This document shows, one piece after another, positions 52,800 to 64,000 of a stretch of DNA of 64,000 nt (positions are counted from its first letter, which is position 1; each line of letters starts with the position of its first letter). The notes under the pieces were generated by a model, which was given only the letters and a program-made list of their open reading frames with translations, had not been told where the DNA came from and searched no databases. The stretch is taken from assembly GCA_951406725.2 (NCBI GenBank), contig OX597822.1, forward strand, positions 118,668,001-118,732,000, given 5' to 3'. Both the position numbers and the translations under genes were made by a program. The DNA is from Octopus vulgaris. Taxonomy: Eukaryota.

Positions 52800-55700
52800 C
52801 TAGAAACCATTACAAATTTAGGTTAAAATAAAACAAATCAAAATGAATACGATTTACAAAACAGAAGATGCAATTGCAAATAAAGAAAATGAAGAGAAAA
52901 TAATATTCATGAGGAAATAAATTAGAATCGGTGAAAAACAAGTGGAATACAGAATGGTAAATTGGAATTGAACAAGAGAACAATGTAAGTAGTGATTAGA
53001 GCAAACAGAGAAATGGTTGAATATTAACATGTCATTGCAAAACAATGGGTAAAAGAGGCTGGATCAATTACTGAACTGTGGGAAGATAAACACTGAGATA
53101 AAATCTTTTGATGTTTGACATATTGGTAGAATTCCGGTTTAAGCACTTCCATGTAACCCTCATAACTTCTCTATTTTTTAGAATTTCCAGAAATTTTTTG
53201 CAAATTTGTGTTCTACACATGGGAATTCATACAATCATGGAAAAAAATTTTTTTTTTAATTTTTACCCTCCACCCCCTATTCCAATTTTTCTTTTTTTTT
53301 TTTACCACAGTTTAAAATAAGGACAGTCTGAATTTCTTGCTTAAATCCCAGCAATGGACTACCCTTAAATGCATCATTATTCCTTTAAATGTGACAAAGA
53401 AACAGGGAAGGTATCAGGTGGTCGTGAGGTGTGCTAAGGGCAATAGCTAAATCGTCCTTAAATCACACACACACAAAAAAAATTTTTTTTTTCATAATCA
53501 TGAATTCCCAGGTGAAGAACTCCAATTTGCAAAAACTTTCTGAAAATTCCAAAAACTTCCCAACACTCTTCCTCATTTGTCCCCCATCTGACCAAACCCC
53601 TCCTCTCCTTCCCACACTTCTCCTATTCTAACTGCTCCTTTCTTTCTCCCTTCCATCACATACTTGTTCCTTAATAATGCTGTAAACCCAAAACCCCATT
53701 CCTCCTTTACACAACCCACGGTGTTACCTTTACAACTCCATCCCTCACTTTTTCTCAACTGTGTCATCAATCCCATCTTTCTCTATATCCTGTTCTCTGT
53801 CATACTCCCCGATCCCTTATCTAAGGTCCACTTTAGGACCTTAGACGTTGCAAGCTACCTAGCAATCCACTAGTGCTAGTGTCGTGAAAAAAAGCACCCA
53901 GTACATGCTGTAAAGTGGTTGGCATTGAGAAGGGCACCCAGCCAAACCAGGAACTGAGGCATGACCCACTCCTCCAATTCATTAGACCCTGTCAAACCAT
54001 CCATCCATGCCAGTATGGAAGCCAGATGTTAAACAATGATGATGATTTCTCTGTTACTATATTTTCTTCTCGTACTGCTAAACCAAGAAGTGGATGGAAT
54101 TAGTTACAGGATATTTGTTAGGGCCTGAGAGAGATTTGTTAGGGTCTGAGAGAGATGGAAGATCAGAGAGATACTGGCACTTCTTTAAAAAAAAAAACAG
54201 ATTATGATGCATCTCCTAGAATTGAGAAAACCTATGATCAAAGAGCATTCCATCCATGACCTTCCTGTCATTTTGTACATCAAAAACTATTTTGTCCAGT
54301 ATGTTCTCATTAGATTTGACTGCTATGTTTCGCAGATCCACCAACCAGGCAGAGACTCCCTCATGAGCTTCATCATCATCATCATCATCATTTAAAATCT
54401 GCTTTCCACGCTGATATAGGTTGGACAGTTTGAGAGGCGCTGGCTATGCAGAAGACTACATCAGGCTTCAGAGTCTGTTTTACATAGGTTTAGCACCAAC
54501 CACCTCATTGCAAAAGTTTAACTATCAAGAAGTGGATGATGAGGGTCTACAAAGATGGAGTTAGTATGATCTGCTGAATGAGCAATGTTAGCCAACTCCA
54601 AAGACAAAGAACAAATGAGTGGCATTGATTCCATAAAGGGAGACCTTGAGAGCATTCACCAGAAGAGCCATGCCAAATTTGTCCCTTCTAACAGCAAAAC
54701 ACTCAGGCCACTATCACCAAAGATCTCTCCTGGTACATCCTTAGTAGAGCTAGGATTGCCTCCTAAAGACTGGCCTTTCTTTTTAGGGCCAGAAGGCATT
54801 TCAGTCCTAAACAGCTACTGACACACTACAATGCTCAAGTGAGGCCTACATCTGGGATGGTGCTGTGACTAGGCAGACTGCCCCCAAAGAATGACCACTC
54901 AGCTGATTGATATTCCACTGATAGTGGACACACTCCAGTGCACAAGCATGCTGCCTCCCCTCCCAGTCTTTTTCTATCACTGCTAAATAGTCTCTGCTCC
55001 TTGGAGCTGGCTGGTGAGGTACCTTCAGCACTCAGGTGCATCTGACCCACTCGTTTCTCCACTTTTCATCACCCTTGTTGCATCCAACTTACTTATCTCT
55101 GCACTAACCACAAGTCCCAATCCTCCTTCTGCGGAACATCAGCTCTCTGGAATCTTCTTCCTGCAGGCACTGTGACTGGCAACAGCTTAAACAGAACATT
55201 AATAGCAACAATCACCAGTTTTGGAGGACCTGCAAAGGTCATAGGCTCTGAATCTTCATTCAGACTCACCGAATAAAAAATTAATGTGTGTGTACAAGGA
55301 AGACAACAATAATTGAAATGGATGAAACTAAATCCCATGAAAATACCAACAAGAATCAGAACTAGTTTCCATCAAGAGCTGTAGATGCAATCATCCACAA
55401 CCACTTCAACAGACATTTCTTAAAACAACCAAATACAATATCCTTTCTTTTTTACAAAAAAAAAAAAAGAAAGAAAAAAACCCACTTCCCACAGTCAATA
55501 TATACCTTTCCATATATATAAATAATGAAATTTACTACTTATGTGCTTCAATCATTAAAAATAAATTTTAAAAGATGCCCTTTCAACAGCAAGAAACCTG
55601 CTCTACTCCTGCCCTTGTGTCATATTTTAATCACTCATCATCATCAACATTTAGAGTCCAAAGTCACCTCTCTTGGGGTTCATTGTCTTGCAAGCTGCAT

Positions 55701-58700
55701 GGTGACCTCACTAGTGCTGGTGGCACCCAGTACATACTGTAAGGTGGTTGACCTTAGGAAGAGCATTCAGTCATAAAGACCAGGCCAAAGCAGACACTGG
55801 CGCACAATGCAGTCCTTGGACTTATCAGATCTTGTCAAACCACAACACGAGAATTTTGAGGAACTTAATTTATTTTTACATTTATTTCTATCTCCAGCTG
55901 ATGTTAAAATTAGGATGGAAAGTTTTAATTGGGATATGAACACTTTAGAAATGAGCAATATTGTATCAAAGAACCAGGTTCCGTCTTCGATGGATTGAGA
56001 TCTGAAGAGGTTAGAAACTCTCACAAAACAGACTGGTTAATAATTCAAATGCAGATCCAATTCTTTTAGAATAACAAAACCAAACCAACAATCCAGGGCC
56101 AATATCTTCATAGAAATTTACATTAACTAGAAGTTTTATCAATGTTTATTTACTAGTAATGAAGATGCGGGCATGTCTGTGTAGTTTAAAGGCAGCTTGT
56201 TGCCCAACCATGGGATTGTAAGTTCATTCCTACTGCATAGTGTTTCCCACTATAGCCCCAGGCTGACCAAAGCTTTGTGAGTGTGGTTTTGGCAGATGGA
56301 AACTAAAAGAAGCCCATCATACACACACACACACACATATATTTATATAAATGAGAGAGAGTTTGTGTCTCCTTATTTTAAAAAAAGAATGTCATTCATT
56401 TCCAGTATTCTATGAAAGTTTGTCAATCTATAGGGAAATATTAGCTTGCTTCGACACAGGTGTAAGGAGGTGATAGGGAGATCATTTAGTCATAGAAAAT
56501 CTGCCTCAAATTCCATCTGACCCATGCAAGCATGTAAAACAGTACATGTGATGATGAGGATGAATGGAATGAAAAACAAAGCCAATTCTAGTAAGAAATG
56601 AACTTAGAATGTAATGGACTAGAGCTGGAAAATTAAAGACTTTTGGTCAAGCATTTCTTGTTTATCGTCTCCACAATGTTAGCAGTGAAGAATTATGGCA
56701 AAGAAACTGGCCCAAAGCACTTTTGTTTAGAGTCAAACCATGTAAACATTTTGAAATTGAGAGAAATTAAATATTTCTAATTAGCGGCAACTAGATACAG
56801 ATGGCAATGAAACAAATTAAATAAATATTCCTTGTCAAGTATCTCGTCAGAAGAATTGTTACAATTTTTCTTCCTCAAACTGGCTTCAAATACAATATGA
56901 AGTTAAAATCATTTAGACAAGTTAAGAAACCAGCAAAGAAAGAATAAAAAAACAAAATTATTTTGGTAAATTTTTCATTATTTTCTAAGTTAATAGAGAG
57001 AAAAATAGCAGATTTCAATAGAAATATAGTAATGAAGGGTTAAGTCATTACTCTTTATTACTAAGACAGCAATATACCGGATTCTAAAGAAAATGCTTAA
57101 TTTATAACAGTATCTTGTAAGAAATATTCTTTTTTTCATTAAAAATTCTTTCAATAGAATTTTCTGTGACTGCAGTTAATTGTCTTCATTTCCAGCCAAG
57201 AAAAGATTTGTTTTCACTCTTAACAATGAATATTCAAATTACTATTTTACAGACGGAAACACCTAGACAAAGGAAAAGTCAATAATCGGTAACAGGCAAG
57301 AATGCCAAGTACAAAGTATAAGCGACTCCAAAGGTCCAAACTTTGGTGATATGCTAGTGAAAATAAGTTTTCTGAAAAGGACATAAAGCCGAAAATAAAA
57401 ACAGTGGGGGAGATATATGGAGTTAAAAAGTGTCTGTTTTCCATTCTGGCATGGGTAAGATGGTTTGCAGTTTATGGTTAAGAGGTTTGCCTCCATGAGC
57501 CAAGTAAAACTGCAGTCATGGCAGACACTGATGTTACACAAACGGCACCTGTGCCGGTGGCATGTAAAAAGCACTCATTACACTCTCAGAGTGGTTGATG
57601 TTAAGAAGAGCATCCAGCCATAGAAACCATACCAAATCATACTGGAGTCTGGTGCAGCCTTCCAACTTGCCAGTCCTGGTCAAACTGTCCAACCCATGAC
57701 TGCATGGAGAACAGAGATTAGATGATGATGATGATGATAATGTTGAAGCAAACTTCTTAACCATAAAGTCATGTTTGTGTCTATATATGGAAACCAGAAA
57801 ACTGCACAAGCTCCAGTCTGTTTTAGTTTGGCTTCTATGGCTGGATGCCCTTCCTAATGCCAACCACTCCACACAGTGTACTGAGTTTTTTTTTTTTACA
57901 ATTCATCAATACAGGTGCCTTTCGCATGTCACCAGAAGTGGCCATAACTATGATTTCACTTAGCTTGAAGGGTCTTCCTGAGCACAGCAAATACACCATA
58001 AGTCTTGGTCAATTGAGCAAATCTCGGTTACAAAAAGAAACTGTTGCTCTAGTCTTGGACCTATCACAGATCCTGTTAAACTGTCTAATCCATAACAACA
58101 TGGTAACAATGATGACTTCAGATGTTATGTGCCCTGCCTACACTTAATTCAAGACTACAGCTTGATCAAAGACACGATCTGAGGAAAAAGCCTGCATTAC
58201 AAATGAACGCTGCATCAGTTTTCCTTTGGGGAATTCATACACAATGCCAGTACCACCTGACTGGCACCTGTGCTGGTGGCACATAAAAAGCACCCACTAC
58301 ACTTTCGGAGTGGTTGGCATTAGGGAGAGCATCCAGCTATAGAAACCTAGTCAAATCAGATTGGAGCCAAGTGCAGCCTTCCGGCTTGCCAAAGTCTTCA
58401 GTCTAACCCATACCAGTATGGAAAGCGGACGTTAAACGATGGTGGTGAAGATGATACAACCATGACCAAAAGAGCAAAAATGATTTTTGAAAAATAAGGA
58501 ATAAAAGATACCCCAAAAGCTGAATTGCTACTTTATGAGGAAGACTCAATGACTGGAGACCAAGAATTCACAAATTAACAAAGTGAAAAAATTATAGAAA
58601 AATATGAAACTGTTAGGATGAATGAACTTGACTTCTGATATACATTGTGACCTTTTAATAAATAATATCTCTCACCAGATGGAGTGCTTGTTTTGTTGAA

Positions 58701-61700
58701 TTTTCTATCATGGATCAGTACATTATATATATGTGTGTGTGTGTGTGTGTATGCACAAACATACGTATCTATTTTTCCAACTCGGTGACTGGCATCTGTG
58801 GCTAGTGGAGCGCTAAGAGTACCATACGAGTGAGATCGTTGCCAGAGCAACAAGCTGGCCTCCGTGCCAATGGCACGGTAAGCACACCATTTGAGCGTGA
58901 TCATTACCGCGTCGCCTTACTAGCACTTGTGCTGGTGGCATGTGAAACATTTGAGCGAGGTCGTCGCCAGTGCTGCTGGACTGGCTCCTGTGCAGGTGGC
59001 ATGTAAAAAGCACCATTTGGGCGTGGCCGTTGCCAGTACCACCAAACTGGCCCTTGTGCCGGTTGCATGTAAAAGCACCCACTACACTCTCGGAGTGGTC
59101 GCCGTTAGGAAGGACATCCAGCTGTAGAAACTCTGCCAGATCAGACTGGAGCCTGGTGCAGCCATCTGGTTGCCAGCCCTCAGTCAAATCGTCCAACCCA
59201 TGCTAGCATGGAAAGCGGACGTTAAACGATGATGATGATGATACATATAAATAGCATGATGCGTGCTAGCCAGTGAACAGTATAAGAGGACACAGAAGAT
59301 CTAAATCTTGATTAAAGTACCCCTTCACTTGCAGCAGTTAAAGAGATTTTTGAAGACATGCTACTGAATATTCAGTTATGTAGTTACTTATGTGTCATCT
59401 AAATTTTTTTTTAATCAAACTATTCAAACTTGCTGTACTCAAGAAGACTCATCCTCCACGGCTGAAGTGTTAATGTCAGGCCCCCTGATGAAGAGGATTA
59501 GCCATTCAAGAGACCTCTGCTGGTCCCACATAAAAAGCACATGCCAGCACCACATAAAAGCACCCAGCACGCACTGTAAAGTGGTTCGCATTAGGAAGGA
59601 CCATCCAGCCAAATCAGACTGGAACCTGGTGAAGCTCTCTGGCTTGCCAACTCTTGTCAAACTGTCCAACCCATGCCTGCATGGAAAACGGATGTCAAAA
59701 GATGATGAGGCATTGTCATATCTTTGTGAATTATTTACTTCATAGCTTACAACATTGCTGGTAGAATCTGGCACCCATGCCAGTGACATGTAAAAAGCAC
59801 CTTTCAAGCATTTGGCCTCACGCAGGCAAGGTGGCTGATGCTGGTGGCCTGTGAAAAGCATCTTTCAAGTGCTGGGCCTCATGGAGGCAATGACGAATGA
59901 CCGAGACCTTTGGCATTATGGTGTGCTTGAGAAGAAGACCCATCAAGCCAGGTAAAATTGCAGTCGTGGCAGATATTGGTGTCACACAACTGGCACCCAT
60001 GCCAGTGGCACGTAAAAGCACTCATTACACTCTCAGAATGGTTAGTGTTAGGAAGGGCATCCAGCCAGAGAAACCTTGCTAAATCATATTGGAGTCTGGT
60101 ACAACCTTACAGCTTGCCAGTCCTGGTCAAACTGTCCAACCCATGCCTGCATGGACAACAGACGTTAAATGATGATGATGATCATCATCATAATGTTGAA
60201 GCATGGTTAAGATGTCTTTTAGTCATTCTGGGAAGAAGAACAAATTGAAAGTTAAGAATGTGTTGCTGGCCAAAAGTGAGACCATTACTGAAGATGTCAC
60301 TAATGATTCAACAGAAACAGATGTGTGACCGTGATGAATAACATGAAACTTTGTTGTCATAGGAACCAGAGTCATGTGTCTGTTTCATGAACCATTGATC
60401 ATTGAAAAATTCTTGCACTCTTATTGTAACCTGCCTTGACATTGTTGTGTTTGTTTGGTAAGCTTCGTTGAGGTGACCTAAATATTCAAAATGAATTGTT
60501 ACAAGTGAGACTCGTTGCTGGCATGTATCCTACAGACCAAGAACATTGGAACAATTGCAGGAGGAAAATAAGTCAGTTGTGGCATGTGAACTTCATACCA
60601 CAACAGAAAATGATATCATGGCTTTACAGTCAACACTTTGCATGCAGAAGAACCAACACCAAAAATTGCCAATGTCTGACACACAAATTTTGTGATTAGA
60701 AACAGGTTTTTCAATAGAAAAAAAATGTCTTGTATTTGAAAGTAACTTCACAAATTGTACATCAAAATAACCCCCCCATCAACCCCCATTTTGTAGCTTT
60801 AAAAAGAAAAAAAAGGTGTAGAACATGATCATGAAATTGATGAGAAAAGATCCAGTACATTATCAGGTAAGGAAAGAACCATTCTATGAAATTTAAATGG
60901 AATACTGTCAGTTTGATATGCAAGTGAAAACTGAAAGTCGGGTTACTTGAATTCCAAGTAACTTTTGGATATTCATTGTCAATCACAAATTTCTCAAAAG
61001 TCATCTGTAACCTTAGCAGTCTGACCGATAAACAAGTAAAACCTTGGACTTATACAATTTCAGATTATTCCTCAAGTGTAACAAGTGAGCATCAAAAAAC
61101 CAGAAAAAGTTTGTGTGTCTGGGGTAAAAAGGTAAATGTTAATCAAGATTATTGAAATGCTAATATTAAATATACATTTCACTCATTAACTAAGATGGAT
61201 GTTTTTGCAAAATTTGGTCTTTAATGTATCATCATTATTTAATGTCCTTATTCCAGGGTGACATGAGTTTGGATGGTTTGAAAGGACATGAAAAGTCCAA
61301 GACTGCCATTGTCAACTTTGGCATGGGTGCTACAGCTGAATGCTACATGGATGCTCTTGGTGTACAGGGAGAGGCAGCTAGCAGTGGAGGAGCATAATGT
61401 CTGGTGGTAGGAGAGAGCATGAATGATGAACAGCAGAGGGGAAACTTAGTAGATGCACAGGTTCAGATGTAGATTCATGCTAAACATTTTAGACTCCATT
61501 ACCATTCCCATTTTAATAAATGTCAGCATATTTGCTTGGGTGGCCAAGTCTTTGCTCAGCATCACTTGTTGCCAGTCATCAAGGTCCCTTTATTACCTAT
61601 TTCATAAGATGCCAACATGTTGAAATCAATCTTCCCCTCTTCATCCCACTGCGTCGCTCCCCCCCCCCTTTATGACAGGTTTTATGTCCATATGAAGAGT

Positions 61701-64000
61701 TCAGATACACATCACATGACCATGCCAGTCAGTGCAGCATGGCACTGCACTCGCAACAAGGAATTGGACTCATGCAGACAGACCGAATCAGGTATAAACT
61801 TGAGCCATGTGAAACAAGCTGGAATGATGGCAATAGTGTCCAGGTGAAATGATACCTCTCCTGATTGAGGAGCAGCAGTGTTGATGGTGATGTGGGACAA
61901 GATCAAAATTGTAGCTAAAAGGTCTTTAAAAGAAATACAGTCTACCAGAGAAATTAAGCCTTTATGCTTCTGAGAAATACTAACATTCGAGCGAGGTCGT
62001 CGCCAGTGCTGCTGGACTGGCTCCGGTGCAGGTGGCACATAAAAAGCACCATTTGGACGTGGCCGTTGCCAGTACCACCAAACTGGCCCTCGTGCTGGTG
62101 GCACGTAAAAGCACCCACTACACTCTCGGAGTGGTTGTCGTTAGGAAGGGAATCCAGCAGTAGAAATTGCCAGATCAGACTGGAGTCTGGTTCGCCAGAC
62201 CTCAACCAAATCGTCCAACCCATGCTAGCATGGAAAGCGGACGTTAAATGATGATGATGATGAACTCCTCTTCTGAAATAAATATGCAGCAAGGCATACA
62301 GATGGATAGCTGGTAGCAGTCAGTCAAAAGGACTGGGAAAACTGCAACTTGAGTTGAAGAAACCATTAACATTTAGCAATTCTAAACTTTTTGATATACG
62401 TTATATTGAACTTCCGGTTAAGTATTGTCATTTGTAATAGAGATACACGTCAACTGTTTTGGTTATTTGTGAATTTATTTAACTCCTAATAGCAACTAAT
62501 ATTTTTTATTTAGTTTACTTATGACAACACACTACTCGACGTCTATCATTCAACTTTTTAAAGGAGACAGATTCGCCATAAAGAAAATGTGATATGCTAT
62601 CATAAAAAATTTAAAAAACTAGATTAAAGGGTAGGGAGAAGAAATGGAACATTCTGAAGTTTATATTACTGGTATGTGCCATTGGCATCCCTAACAACCT
62701 CGTGTATAGCAACACCATGATAGAATGGGAACTAGGAATTACTGATTAACTTCTGTTGCCCGGTTATTCAGATTTACAACAGAAATGACTCAAGGGTTTC
62801 GTCCAAAAGAACAGTAGTGTTGAATGTTTAAGTGAGCAAGTATTTGTCTACTACAATTCTATGTACATCTAGAATGTTCTATAAGAATCAACTAGAGTAC
62901 TTGACCGGAATTTTATTTTACTGACTCTAGACCATGGGAAGGCAAAGTTGACCTCGATTGGAATAAAGAGGTCTAATTAAAAACTGCAAGTTTATTCGAA
63001 TCGGTGCTTTAACATTACTGCCAATAAACCATATGGGTTAGTTACTAGAGATTTCCTAATCTATAGAACTATCTATTATCTATAAATCGATGTAGTATGT
63101 ATATTACATGAAATCATTTTAATATAAAGAGTAATACTACATCGATAAAAGTTTGAGGAAATCACTTTTATAAAATGTAGAAACATTGTTACTATCCGCA
63201 AAATCGGATCTCTTGGATTCAAACCATAATATGCATTTTCACGAAGCATGGGTTGAAGAAAGGGTTTTACGAGTTAAGAGACAAATGTCTGAATTCCTTC
63301 CATTTAAGAAGTCGATCTGACTCAATTTCCAAATTAATACCGTCTTTGTTAAATCGGTGATCTTTACAGGTGGGGCAATAATAATAACTATGTCACTTAG
63401 CGACACCTTAAGAGCATGTGTAGGTAGTTTCTAAAGAATAAAGAGTAAAAAATTAGAGAGGAGATCTAATTTTTACGTTTATGTATTTGTGTTTGCAAGA
63501 TTCCTTATAAAATAGCCAATAAGTTTTATTTCATAAAGATAGAGTAGATAAAAACGTGTTCCTTCCTAAACTAAAACAAAAATAAATATTGAGAAAGATT
63601 AAGGTTTAGTAAGCTTTATATATTGATGAGTTTTGAAGTAAGCCGTTAAGCCTAGCAGTAAATTCATGGTTAAGTGTAACAATTTCTCATTCAAGGGCAG
63701 ATTCAATTCAAATTAATCTGAGCTGAAAAGTTGCGCCTGAATTAATATCCCTTCCCGTTGTTACTGGGCAGGGCTTGAGACACAGCAGCAAAAGAAAAAA
63801 GGCCAGCTTAAATCAGGAAATGAAGTCCTTTTAAACAAATGAAGTTTAGGATGGGTAAATAACATTTATTAATAGTAATAATGTCATAGTTCGCTCACAA
63901 TATGATGACATAATGACGAATGTCTAGAAAAATGTAGATAGGAGCGCGCGCACTCCATAACCCACTTAGCAAAGCAGATAAAAGTTTGACCGAAAAACCA

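Noticed and set aside
52800-52810. ATG at 52810 (ORF MVSRVDRD...) as the PDCD6 start codon
   Set aside because: It lies within the acceptor region (atggtttctag|A) and would omit the first helix of EF1. The conserved 62-nt exon implies an upstream exon 1.
54480-55420. GC-richer blocks with short ORFs (also 44740-45520, 61640-61970) as host exons
   Set aside because: No sustained frame or splice pattern. They look like very old LINE relics but could not be classified.
62555-62590. Minus-strand FSLWRICLL as a PDCD6 exon 1 candidate
   Set aside because: Weak resemblance to FLWNVFQR, no phase-2 GT donor, and it ends in a stop.

Overview
AT-rich, repeat-dense eukaryotic genomic DNA. The SINE/RTE/mariner repertoire and very long TA/CA microsatellites suggest an octopus (coleoid cephalopod) genome, which is an inference from family resemblance. 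The one clear protein-coding gene is PDCD6/ALG-2 (penta-EF-hand) on the minus strand. Coding exons 2-6 are at 52738-52799, 29189-29233, 27574-27732, 26986-27095 and 23404-23505, all with GT-AG boundaries, and they splice in frame. Exon 1 was not found and probably lies beyond position 64000. A probable short first coding exon of a second minus-strand gene lies at 4768-4783. The rest is mostly tRNA-derived SINEs, RTE and L1/Tx1-like LINE relics, several mariner/Tc1 relics, piggyBac- and hAT-type MITEs, non-autonomous Helitrons and satellites. Most ORFs in the supplied track are repeat artefacts. The most notable observation is a ~310-bp inverted repeat pair that brackets exactly PDCD6 exons 3-4 (204 nt, phase 1-1). 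This predicts an in-frame skipped isoform or a stop-free circRNA, plus an ADAR substrate. Other notable structures are a repeat-spacer-like palindromic array in intron 2, a permuted local duplication mediated by a MITE, a mariner nested in another mariner's TIR, and two SINEs inserted back-to-back at one palindromic target.
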